A DNA stretch of 62,902 bases, filler included, from Platydemus manokwari (taxonomy: Eukaryota), in assembly GCA_037951405.1 (NCBI GenBank). It is 5 parts of 5 records of this genome, joined end to end, with 100 filler letters (N's around TTAATTAATTAA, not from the genome) between each part and the next. Parts side by side here need not be neighbours in the genome. Positions count along the whole stretch, not along the records: positions 24,544 to 35,050 come from JBBMOY011128330.1; positions 35,151 to 52,777 come from JBBMOY010944417.1; 3 more parts are not named here. One strand, 5' to 3'. The position numbers and the translations under genes are program-made. The notes below the pieces were generated by a model. That model worked only from the letters and a program-made list of their open reading frames with translations, was not told where the DNA came from and ran no database searches. Shown here piece after piece: positions 27,901 through 40,000 of this stretch (position 1 is its first letter; every line of letters begins with the position of its first letter).

Positions 27901-30900
27901 TATCCATTTCATCACCAATTGCAGATCAAAATTTAACATTTCAAATAGTCATCGATCAAATTCTCACGATCGATAATCTCGACAATAGAAATCAAATCCA
28001 ATCTATGTATGTGATAGAACCATATCTATTGTGGGTTGGATCGTTTGAAAAGAACAAAGGAAAAATCACAACGGAAATGATACATAATCACTTTAATCAA
28101 TACGGAGATATTTTAAATGTCATGATATATAGTGATTGTGCTTACATATTGTATGGATGTTCGGAACATGGCATGGCTGCAGAATATGCAGTGGATAGAG
28201 AAATGTTCTATGGTGAACCATACAAAACTGGAAGTTTTGATACCGATTTTTGGGATCGTTTAGTTTCAGAAAATTAAATTGGTATTGAAAACAAATAGAT
28301 TATTAAAATAACAACATTTTTTTATGGACGAAATAAATATTTGAATACTTTAGAAATAGTTTTATGTTATAAAATTAAACATAAAAACTATATTTATATT
28401 TATTTATTTAAAAGAAAGTAATTGAGATAGAAATAATAATCATATATTACGGACATAAAAATGTAATGATTTTGATAGAATTTTCGATTTTAAAACTCTT
28501 TGAAGACTGTTTTAATATCAGGTATTTTATGATTTTATGATAAAATAATTTTTATCAGTATTTAATCTCTGGTTTTCTTAAAATAGATGATGATATCCAA
28601 TCCTTTTTTTGAAAAATATCAGGTCAGATTTGTAGAAATCTCTAACATTAAATAGAATTTACAATGCATTTTTTAATAAATATTATACATAAAATTTTGA
28701 ACTTTTTACTGATTTCATAATTCTATTAAAAAAAACTTATTTTAATTATTTAATAATTTTTAAAAATATTTTAATTAGATTCCATTTTTGTAATAAATTT
28801 TCTTTGGTAATTTTCAGTTTTAGAATGAAAGCCAATCAATTAATGTCATTAATTATCATTATTTATTTATTATTTATTTATTCATTGTGAAAGTTAAGCT
28901 ATTCAGTTAATCTCAGTTAAACAAACAGGAAAAGTGATTTAAGTATCTTGGAAATTATAATAAACATATTTCGATATATGATTTGATTAGCAATAAAATT
29001 ATCAGTTCAATATGCACATACTCTCAGACTCTATTGTTCCAATAATAGAATATGCAGATGCCAATGCTCGGGAGTTCTGAATGACTTCATTACTATGACA
29101 TTCATAGCTTAAAATATTGATTAAAATTAAATTTATTAAAAAAACAAATGATTTAAATGAAAAAGCTACTGCAATGAGATACGATAATAATCATACGATT
29201 ATAATTATTTTAATATCAATGAATTCAAATTTAATTCAAATTTTTATAAAATCAAATTTATTTGTATTTAAAAAGATTCAATTTGTTTTAAATGAAAAAT
29301 TAGCGGCTAACATGGCGACCACACCCCTGAATTCGATTCTGTAAACATTATAAAGACCACTGAAAATTATAGAAAAGAAGGAGAAAGATGAAATAATGAG
29401 ACCATATTGAGGAGATAAAAGAAAGATATAAAGAAGTTGTAGAAGGAGATAAATGATAAGGAGAAATAAAAGATATGATAAAAAATTGAAGATATGATAA
29501 AAATTTTCTCGAGATAGGAGTAATAAGACCATGCAAGAGTGCTTGTAATTCACCACCGGTCATCGTAGGAAAAAAGGACGGATCTAACGAAGACTCAATA
29601 GAGTGACAGAAAAATTGGGTTTCCCCATGCCTGGTATTCATCAACTTCTAGACTGTTTGGCGGATTCTAAATATTTCGCATCGATAAATTTGGGACAGGC
29701 TTATTACTAAGTCCAACTAAAAACAGCGTGAGGAGTTAATTCAAAATAAAATGGCTAACATGCTTCGATAAAATTGAATGGCAAAGTATATATTATTATT
29801 ATTATTATCATATTATTATATATTTCATAATATATTTGAAGTTTTGTCGTCAAATTGGATTTATTAGTATCATTATAAATAATTTTTATCAAAAGTATTT
29901 CGATAGTCCGACTTTTTTTACAGCTTTGTATACATTGTCGAAAAATATGGTGTTCTCAAGTCTGTTGTCAAAATTAAAATCAAAATCAAAATATTCAAAA
30001 AATCACACGGCTTTAAGCTAGATAAAGAACACAAAATAATCAAAACAAAATTTTCTGGGACAGTCGATCGGTTAACGAATTAACATATGTCCATCAAAAT
30101 GTGCTCAACGAAATGTGGAAAAGGCAATAAATAATAATAAATAATTCTGGTGAGATGTGGCGAGTTTGTTGATATTCTGCAGATAAGAATTTAACATTTC
30201 AAATAGTCATCGATCAAATTCTCACGATCGATAATCGCGACAATAGAAATCAAATCAAATCTATGTATGTGATAGAACCATATCTATTGTGGGTTGGATT
30301 GTTTGTAAAGAACAAAGGAAAAATCACAACGGAAATGATACATAATCACTTTAATCAATACGGAGATATTTTAAATGTCATGATATATAGTGATTGTGCT
30401 TACATATTGTATGGATGTTCGGAACATGGCATGGCTGCAGAATATGCAGTGGATAGAGAAATGTTCTATGGTGAACCATACAAAACTGGAAGTTTTGATA
30501 CCGATTTTTGGGATCGTTTAGTTTCAGAAAATTAAATTGGTATTGAAAACAAATAGATTATTAAAATAACAACATTTTTTTATGGACGAAATAAATATTT
30601 GAATACTTTAGAAATAGTTTTATGTTATAAAATTAAACATAAAAACTATATTTATATTTATTTATTTAAAAGAAAGTAATTGAGATAGAAATAATAATCA
30701 TATATTACGGACATAAAAATGTAATGATTTTGATAGAATTTTCGATTTTAAAACTCTTTGAAGACTGTTTTAATATCAGGTATTTTATGATTTTATGATA
30801 AAATAATTTTTATCAGTATTTAATCTCTGGTTTTCTTAAAATAGATGATGATATCCAATCCTTTTTTTGAAAAATATCAGGTCAGATTTGTAGAAATCTC

Positions 30901-33516
30901 TAACATTAAATAGAATTTACAATGCATTTTTTAATAAATATTATACATAAAATTTTGAACTTTTTACTGATTTCATAATTCTATTAAAAAAAACTTATTT
31001 TAATTATTTAATAATTTTTAAAAATATTTTAATTAGATTCCATTTTTGTAATAAATTTTCTTTGGTAATTTTCAGTTTTAGAATGAAAGCCAATCAATTA
31101 ATGTCATTAATTATCATTATTTATTTATTATTTATTTATTCATTGTGAAAGTTAAGCTATTCAGTTAATCTCAGTTAAACAAACAGGAAAAGTGATTTAA
31201 GTATCTTGGAAATTATAATAAACATATTTCGATATATGATTTGATTAGCAATAAAATTATCAGTTCAATATGCACATACTCTCAGACTCTATTGTTCCAA
31301 TAATAGAATATGCAGATGCCAATGCTCGGGAGTTCTGAATGACTTCATTACTATGACATTCATAGCTTAAAATATTGATTAAAATTAAATTTATTAAAAA
31401 AACAAATGATTTAAATGAAAAAGCTACTGCAATGAGATACGATAATAATCATACGATTATAATTATTTTAATATCAATGAATTCAAATTTAATTCAAATT
31501 TTTATAAAATCAAATTTATTTGTATTTAAAAAGATTCAATTTGTTTTAAATGAAAAATTAGCGGCTAACATGGCGACCACACCCCTGAATTCGATTCTGT
31601 AAACATTATAAAGACCACTGAAAATTATAGAAAAGAAGGAGAAAGATGAAATAATGAGACCATATTGAGGAGATAAAAGTTGTAGAAGGAGATAAATGAT
31701 AAGGAGAAATAAAAGAAGATAAAAATTAAAATTTTAATTTAAAAGAAGATAGTGTAACGAAAAATGCAACACAGAGACAATTAAGAAAATCAAAGAATGA
31801 AGGGATGTGAGATTTTTAAAATTTTTCTAAATTTTACTATTTTATTGATTCATCTAATTTTAATTTATTTGTTTTATTAACAAGGGATATTAATCGAGCT
31901 TATAAAAACTAAACTGACAAAAAAACTATTATAAAATATTAAAAGCCATTGATAACAGAAATTTGGTTATCGATTTAAGACGTTTTATTAAATTGTAAGC
32001 AATTTTTGGAAATAAATCCAACCACGTAGATGTTTAATTACGTAATGTTCATTTCTGAATTTACTATTTACTTCTATGATAGGTTAATAAATAAATAAAA
32101 TAATGAATAAATATAATAATAAATATTAAATAAATAAATAATAAATATTAAATAATAAATAAATAATAAATATTAAAAATATATAAAATTTGGATATTAA
32201 ACTAGTATAAATATAGAATGGATTCACAAATATGATGATAACTACAGTAAAATAGCTGAATAAGAAAGAAGTTTGATGTATCACATTATACCTAAATTTT
32301 CGAAGATAACACAAGAGTATTTACATAAATTCATATAATTATTTAAAATAATAAATAAAGGAAATTACTGTTTATTAGCAAGAGTAAGTGCCATAACATA
32401 GAATTCAATAGCCTTAGAATGATTTGATAAGGTTCCATTGCTTTGTTCAATCTAATTAATAATAATAATAATAATAACAATAATAATAATAACTATAATA
32501 ATAATAATGTTTAATAATTATTAATGTTTGAGATAAATATATAAAATTCAAAATCTCCCAATATTTGCAAATATCAAATATTCACTGATCTTATGCAATT
32601 AATTTCATGTGGATTCGAACTCACAGGCACTTTGTTTAAATTGACAAAACACTAAAAGCTATTTGGTCCAATATTTCGAAAATTTCCCAGTTGCTTATAG
32701 TGGAAAAAAATCAACATCATTAGATCTGATAGATCAACAAAAAAGAAATAAACCTTTCCTAAAAATTGATAAATTGGAATCAAATCTGTAGTTTCATCGC
32801 CTTTATTAGTCCTGATAATTTCAGCGGCAATATTCATATAGTTGGAAGCCGTTGACAATTTTTGCAAACGCCAAGCTATTCTGTATATAATGATAATGAA
32901 TTCAATGATTCAAGACTTCACAAACATACTTGCCTGCTGCAATATTCAATTTTAATTTCAACGAAAAGTTTTCATCATCAAATGTTGTGGAAACTTTCCT
33001 CAGCACATTTAAATTATACAATGCTTTGTTGATATTTTTTTCACTGTTCTCCAATCTGAAATATTATTTGTCTCATTCATAGCAACATGATATTTTTAAT
33101 TAAAACGAATATAAATAGTTTAAAAATAGCCAATGAAGTTGTTTATATACACAGCCTTTTTTAATTATATGTAAGGATTTTAATATTCAAATAAAATTAT
33201 CTTTCCCTATCAAATATTTGTTGTTTGATCCAATGTAACCTAATATAATTATAACCGAACTAACCATGTCGGAAGAAAAAGAAAAAATTAATATTTTCCA
33301 TATGAAACAAACCAATCATAAAATTTTAATTTATATGGATTTATTTTTTGTATACTTACTTTTTCAACACAAATTCAGCTCTTGCTAATGCGTAATAAGT
33401 ATAAATCAAAGCTAATAGATATTCCACACCTTCTTTTTCATTGAATATTTCAACAGCATGTTTTAATAATAATGTCAAAGCGTCATTTGCATGTTCTTCA
33501 CATTGAGCTGCATATC
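24995..33516 (-). CDS. TTC23: TTC23/TTC23L-like tetratricopeptide-repeat protein, multi-exon, 5' exons not found
   Basis: Phase-compatible GT-AG exons: 33360-33516 (GYAAQCEEHANDALTLL), 32930-33055, 32754-32880 (IRTNKGDETTDLIPIYQFLGK), 32369-32451 (IEQS...KAIEFYVMA), 31280-31365 or 29022-29107 (YECHSNEVIQNSRALASAY), 26076-26203 (TAETYLNDCIQSL), 25884-26033 (KIVFGEYSEQILATSQLIGSLHL), 25118-25200 (ALLIEELQNGPNSK), 24995-25067 (stop). Block order matches my recollection of vertebrate TTC23 (KGETSRECVPILRELAGVEQ; KVEAFGDFSPEVAETYRLLGG). Confidence 0.8.
27684..28277 (+). CDS. Intronless RING finger (C3HC3D) + RRM-like protein, nested antisense in a TTC23 intron
   Basis: C-x2-C-x13-C-x-H-x2-C-x2-C-x10-C-x2-D. 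C-terminal RRM pattern: LWVG (RNP2), ITTEMIHNHFNQYGDILNV, CAYILY (RNP1), AAEYAVD...FYGEP. Confidence 0.8.
   Translation: MINMENIDERECIICYDQINSHMITIGGCNHRYCLMCGLEAFRVKMNCPLDKSDVKQITVLSNSIDEDEKEILSISSPIADQNLTFQIVIDQILTIDNLDNRNQIQSMYVIEPYLLWVGSFEKNKGKITTEMIHNHFNQYGDILNVMIYSDCAYILYGCSEHGMAAEYAVDREMFYGEPYKTGSFDTDFWDRLVSEN
29210..29520 (+). mobile_element. TRIM-like element, copy 3 (truncated)
   Basis: gcggctaaCA (29312) followed by PBS tggcgaccacac and the purine-rich core. Confidence 0.7.
29540..29722 (+). mobile_element. Gypsy reverse-transcriptase fragment, same family as 40001-44080
   Basis: Matches the reverse complement of ~42170-42370 (SPPVIVGKKDGS...PMPGIHQLLDCLADSKYFASINLGQAYY). Confidence 0.8.
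30178..30535 (+). pseudogene. 5'-truncated duplicate of the RING-RRM gene (RRM only; ORF 30263-30535)
   Basis: Near-identical to 27920-28277; RING region absent. Confidence 0.75.
31470..31880 (+). mobile_element. TRIM-like element, copy 4
   Basis: LTR end 31570, PBS from 31571, PPT aaagaatgaaggga, then TGTGAG at 31806; 3' LTR truncated. Confidence 0.7.
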
Positions 33517-33669
33517 CTAGATTATTAGATCAAATATTTTAATATAATTGTCAAATTTTACTTTATATTTATTTAATGATTTACGTGTTTTATATCAATA
33601 AATTGTCTTTGCACAATTTCAGGGATACATAAATGAATTATGATGTATGCCAGTATTTTTATAAGAATC

Positions 33670-33718
<49 letters not shown>

Positions 33719-35050
33719 TTATTAATACTATCAATAAAATTAACATTAATCACATTAAGTGCCTACATTGAATTAATAAGTGTTGTTGGCTGAAATGGAC
33801 GATGACTCAAATTTACCAATAAGGAGATTGTTAAATATTATCTGATAGTGGTAAGAACAAATGACGAAAAAGCAGGCTCATTGTTGGAGTCTGCAATGTA
33901 TTGAAAGGACAACATAGTTAGCCTTCGAAACATTGGTAATCTAATTAAATAAAAATATTCTATCTGAAGCGTTGATATTTGACATCTTAGCATTTGTATT
34001 CAATATCTCTCTATTGGCGTACTTTATGTTTTGTGTTTTTGAATATTATGTTATGATTTCGTAAACGGAGAATTAAGTAGCATTTATATCAGCGACATCA
34101 TTATCTTAAATGTTAAAAAATTGATGTTGAAAATCAGTTGTAATAAATTGATATTTATAATTAAAATTTATCATAATTAGTGAGGAAATGATATTAATAC
34201 AATAAAAACAGAATATTAAAAATTCACTAACAAATTAGCAAATAAAATGTTACGAATCATAATAATAAAATAATTCACTTACATTAAAATTAATCATTTT
34301 ATGTAAGATATAGGAAATCAGGGAATAAAACATTTCATCAACATTTCATTCAAAAAACCGGTATAAATATTGCAGCAGAAGTAGTAAATGATACAGTAAA
34401 TGAAACTTCTGATGATTAGTACCGAGATCTAGTTAATTTAAATTGGTTCGTAGTGTAATTTTATGGAGTATTTGAAAGACAAGTTCGTAAAAATGTTATT
34501 GAGACATATACATTGTATATATGTAAATTTTCTAAAATTAATAAAGTAAATTCAGTAGTAAATCAATATTCTTTTTCTCTATGAGTCAGCTCTCCGATTT
34601 CTTCAAATATTGATTGATTTAAACCTTTGTGAATAATTTATTGGAAATGTGAGATATTTTAAATGAATTAAATTTTTTATTCAAATTTAATTATCTATTT
34701 GTTTTAATATTTGTACTTTAATATATTTGTGTTATTTTGACTTTTCAGTTACTTTTCAATGTTTGGTTTGGATTCGTTTATGAAAATATCAATGACTGAA
34801 TATTTTAGAAAAGGATGAATATTATATTGTGCATTTTCGCTAGAGTACAAAAAATAATTATACATATCGGGTTTGGATTTTGATATTTTTGTAAATAGGA
34901 TTTAAGACAATAAAATATTAGGTTGTTGGGAAAATAATGGCCGTTTGTAAACGTATACTTTAAAATACTATATCTCGCTTTAAAATGAACTTTATTAATC
35001 AAAATAAGCACCTTTGGCTTCAATACACTTTTGCCAACGTGGCACTAACA

Positions 35051-35150
35051 NNNNNNNNNNNNNNNNNNNNNNNNNNNNNNNNNNNNNNNNNNNNTTAATT
35101 AATTAANNNNNNNNNNNNNNNNNNNNNNNNNNNNNNNNNNNNNNNNNNNN
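35051..35150. other. Assembly gap linker
   Basis: N44-TTAATTAATTAA-N44. Confidence 0.97.
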
Positions 35151-38100
35151 ATTTCAAAGTATATCTTAAGAAATTTATTGTGACTTTGCATAATATTGTT
35201 CAACCATTTATATTAGTTGATAATATGTACTTTATATAATAATTATAATATAATTATTATTTTTAATTAATTATCAGATTGAGCCACTATTACTCGTAGC
35301 TCTATTTGTAATACATTTCATTCTCCAAGGGATTTGTCCTCACGGCAATAATGCGTCAAAAGTTACTACCTGTCAGCGCTTTAAAATCCCGTCGGGTTCT
35401 GCATGAATTCTTTGCACAATATAGTAATCCTAGGTTTTGAGTTTCTTAATGAAATGGTCTCAAACTAGTATACAAACAGATAGCTATTTTCTAGATTTCT
35501 TTAGTCCTATCTGTCTATGGTCTGAGACATTGATGAGGCCCATGGAAGACAGAAATAGGACCCTATCTATGTCATAAAAGTTCGATCATCATAATTGTAG
35601 ATATCGTTTCTAAAGGTTCCGAGAGATTGTCCTATATATTTCTAAAGCGGGATCATGATAAAACCTACGGTAGTCTATTTATTTATTATATCTTGATCAC
35701 TTAACATATCTCCCCCTTTTAAATGAATTGTGTCCTCAAAATTTAAGGTCAGTACTATGTAATATACTTTTTTATTTTGATTTAATTCATCAATTCGGTT
35801 AGTGAATATTTATATTTTTATGTTTTGAATTATTATTTACTTATTTGCATAATTACATAATTTTTATTAAGTTACATAATTATATATGATGATATGTAAA
35901 TTTCAAAGATTAAAAAAAATTTTAATTTATTTACTCAATTATTAAACTTTAGAGTTCCAATTTCTCCACTTGGTTTTTGGAAGGTTAGTTTGGTGACTGT
36001 CTTCAGAATTTTCCACATTTGATCTTTTATTCCAATTTCATTTTTGATATTCTTCCTTGAGGATGATTCGACAACTCTTTGTGTACTTTTCTCAGCTTTT
36101 TCTATGGATTCTGATTGTTGATTATATTTACTTTCATTTGATATTTCCGTTTTTGGATCTTCTATGGTTTCTTCAGTGTCCTCAATTGTGCACTCTTGTG
36201 ATAAATTCCAAGTTTCGGTAGGTTCCTCTTCAGAATCCTTCGTTAAAACTATTTGATCACTCGTGTTGGTTGATAGTTGTGGACGCAGATCTTTTGGTGT
36301 TTTCTCCAGTTGAATTTGAATTTTGAAATTGTCAAAAACCATTTTTATCTGCTTATTACTTGTTTGATCCTCGCTATTCTTCCTTTTTCGATTTTCTTCA
36401 ATAGGAATTTTGACTCTCTCCTGTGACTTTATTTCGTGGTGATTTCTCTAGTTTTTCTCGATATTTAAATATATTTTTCGCACCGTTTTGGAATCTCCTA
36501 ATGAATTGTGATGTCCTGGTTGTTGTATATCGATTCCGCATAATGTTTTGGCGATGATCTTCAGTGGAAAATATAATCCAGAATTCTTACGTGGTTTTCC
36601 CATATCAAATAATATTTGTGCGTTGCATAGATCACAAATGCCTAAAATTTGATTCACTTTTATTGAGAGATATAATAGTCCATATTTAGATCGTGCCTGA
36701 CCAGTATTTTTGTTTCTGATTATTTATTGGAATTTTCTAATATATTCATATTCGTTCATTTTTCTTTTGGTTTCGAATTCAGTGATTCCGTGAATATTAT
36801 TAACGAATTCGAAAATCCTACCTCATTGATTTATTTTCGTATCAAGCAGGACCTCTACTTCGTAATTGAGAATCGTAACCGATGCTGGGAATCTGTTGTT
36901 ATCTAAATTCTTTGTCGTGAATTCGTCATCAATGAAGAGGAGATTTTCTCTAATTTTCTCCAAGCTGAAATGTGTTCTGAGGAGGGAGTTTCGGTGTTTT
37001 ATATCTTCTTCCGTTCTCAGCATTTTCTAGAGCTGGATATGGATTGTATGTTTTGGGATTGTATGTTATTGATTGGATCGCTCAATATTTCAAAGCTTTT
37101 AGAGCGGCTTGATATTTGGATTTTCTTGGATTTTCTTGGTCCAATCTTTTTCGTTTGACATTATGAATAATTTTCTCCAGCCAGATTTTTGACTTGGAGT
37201 TCTCCAACTGAAACATGTAGCTCCCAAATTCCGATGGCTTTCACTTCTCTTAATTCGTTTAGCTACATTTTCTTTTCTTTAGGAACCTCTGTTATCCAAA
37301 TTCAATTTTCCAGTCTGTTGACCGAAGATAATTTGGCATTTCGGAGTTGGAACCAAAGCTTGTCATTGGAAATAGATTTGTTTTTTTTTAGATTTTCTTA
37401 ATATCACGATACAATTGTTTTGTTCTGTTGATTTGTTCCATGGCTTTGATTGAATTGATTGAATTGGATCGAATGAAATATACTTCTTTTATTGAATCCT
37501 AGCCAGTACAGACGTCGGATCAGTTTTGGCAGAATGTTTATGTTCCTTGATGACTTATTTATATCCTTAGTTTTACTGGTCGACCAATAGCCTTTGGTTT
37601 TAAATTTGTTTGATTAGTTATTATTTTGTTTAAATTAGCCTATGAAAATATAGATATAGATACAGTTATAGACATAGATATAGATACAATTATAGATAAG
37701 GATATAGATATCAAAATTTATACTTATACATGATTATAAACATATTACAGATAAAATGCATGCACAAAGTTAATCAGTGTTTGTTTAAACTAAAGTTGAC
37801 AGAATCAATTCCCTTCGAGCTTGATCAAATGATGATTTGACAGTCAAAGCAGTGATCAGTAAGAATGTAATAGATAGGGATGTAATAATTATTGTAATTC
37901 TTATCAGCTCAACGCATTCAAAATTCTGTGGAGTCGATTGGAAATTGTTCTAAGAATTAAGTTGCAATGATTGATTGAAACCAGTTACGGGTATTGTCAT
38001 TCTAGATTCTGAAATATTATTATTAAATTTATAATAATTATTATTAATGGTTAAATATTCTTCTGTATAGCTTTGATGTTTTTATCTTAATTGAAATATA

Positions 38101-40000
38101 TTCCACCAGTTTCAGTGTTCATATATCAATTTCCATATCAAGTTCATATATTAATTTCCAATATTCTACCTTTAATTGATATTGTTCATCTTGCAGTAGG
38201 TTTGTAATTAAACCTATTGATACATTTCAGTTTTTATAGACCTATACAGCTTAGAGTAATGACAGCTTTTTATTAGGTTCAGCATGTCTTCTTATTTTGA
38301 TTTCTAAACCAATTTTAGTCATTAAGTTTTTATTGTCTTCGATTTCCAGGTTTAAATATCGCTCTTCTGAGAATATTTTTACCCATTTATCTACCTCATA
38401 TTTCCAATCATCTCGTAATTTAAGTTCGTAATATGTTATCTGGACTACATATTTTCTACTTAACTTAAGGTTTTAGTACTTAAGGAACCTATTTTGATTA
38501 TTCATTTCTTCTGTATAGTTCTATTGATCTCTTTCTATCAAAATGTTGGCTTCCATTTTAGAATAACCCCTTTAAATATTGGCTCAATTTCAATTTTATT
38601 TTTAATATTTTTTGTTCATATCTATAATTTTATTCTGGCCAATTGTAGTCGTTTAATGACCTATCCCAATATGCAATTCTCCACAAATATATACTATTTG
38701 TTTTCAAATCTCTTATAATTATTTTATTATTGTTGCCGTCCTACTTAAATTTCTTTATAAGATTATTGCTTATACTCCAAATCCGTGAAGTTCTAAGATT
38801 TCGACAGTCGCAAATCCACATTATGATAGTGTAGAACGAATATATAATAACCTCTTTAACTAATTCCTCTAGCTGGATTCAGTCTCACTTCATCTTTTGA
38901 AATAACATGACAAATATAAAATACTTTCGATTTTGCTCATTCGAAATTAGATGCTCTGATTTTGAGATTGGCCATTTTAAGTCGTTTAAATACTTCTTCA
39001 ATATCTATTTAATGTTGCTCAAAAGGTTTGGACAATGTAATTACATCGTTTATATATAACATTGCATGAGCTACATCCATAATAATGAAGTCCATACCCC
39101 GTTGAAATAAACCGCTGAGTTCAAAAGGTAATACGTTGAATTCGTATGAACATTATCCATCTGTAAATGCTGTGTTACATTTATCTTACTCTTTAGTTGG
39201 GAACTACCAGTAATCTTTATTGAGATCTATTGTCGAAAATATTTCTGATTTTCCCATTTTTCCGTAAATTACATGTGTTAAAGGAATAGGGTAAGTATTT
39301 TTTCTTGTGAGAGCTTTCATTTATCTGTAGTCGACACGCCATCTCAGAGTACCGTTCTTTTTTTTTAACCACAGGAAAACCCCATGGTATAAAAGCTAGA
39401 TATTATAATTCTTTACGTTTGCTTTCATTTTGAAATGCATAGGTAATCCTTTATGGTCTTAGTTTAAAAGGACTACTAAGCCCTGATAATAGTGGTATTT
39501 TGTGTTCAACTACATGTGTGCTTCTTACATCGAATTCCTATTTGGCAACAAATCTAGAACATTTCTTAAATAAATAGATGAGTCTGCTTTCATGGAATTG
39601 TTAAAATTTCACTATTTGTTGTTATTTTACCATAATTTGTATATTGAATTTCAAGTGATTTTACGTTATCTGATTTTATGATTGGAGTTAGAATTACTAA
39701 TTTTGTATCGCGTTTTAAAGTGATTGATTTTTCATCGATGTTTACCAATCGTATTGGAACAGCATTGTTTTCAGATTGAACAACAAATTTTAGATTTGGT
39801 TCAAACAATAAATCACCATCGCATTGGTTCCAAGTGTCGGCATAATATACAATGTCAGATCTAGTTGGAATGGTAACAGTTTGCTTTATAAAAACCTCTT
39901 TGAATTTATGTTCTACCTTACCTGTTTCCATATTTAAAAGGTTACCAGTAAGCAGATCCATAACTATCCTTCCAAGTTGTTCAAGAATATCCATTCCTAA
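35151..40000 (-). mobile_element. Decayed Ty3/Gypsy element (3' part): protease end, RT fragment, extra ORF, PPT, 3' LTR
   Basis: LGMDIL protease motif at ~39985-40000. RT remnants at 38950-39470 (KKNGTLRWRVDYR, YPIP, FSTIDL, YEFNVLPF, LYINDV). PPT AAAAGGGGGAGA at 35709-35720, then LTR starting TGTTAAG at 35706, homologous to the solo LTR at 3691. Confidence 0.75.
36448..36960 (-). pseudogene. Degraded DEDDh 3'-5' exonuclease (REX4/ISG20-like) inside the LTR element
   Basis: Joined translation: LLFIDDEF (ExoI DxE), PASVTILNY...VLLDTKI, IHGIT, KILVRHDLNMD (ExoII), ICD, LKIIAKTLCGIDIQQPGHHNSLGDS (ExoIII HxxxxD). Contains stops and frameshifts. Confidence 0.8.

Larger units (their letters stand above)
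27920..31716 (+). repeat. ~1.55-kb near-identical direct duplication (27920-29473 vs 30178-31716, offset 2258)
   Basis: Identical over most of its length by inspection; a few substitutions in the first ~130 bp and a 15-bp indel near the end. Confidence 0.95.
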
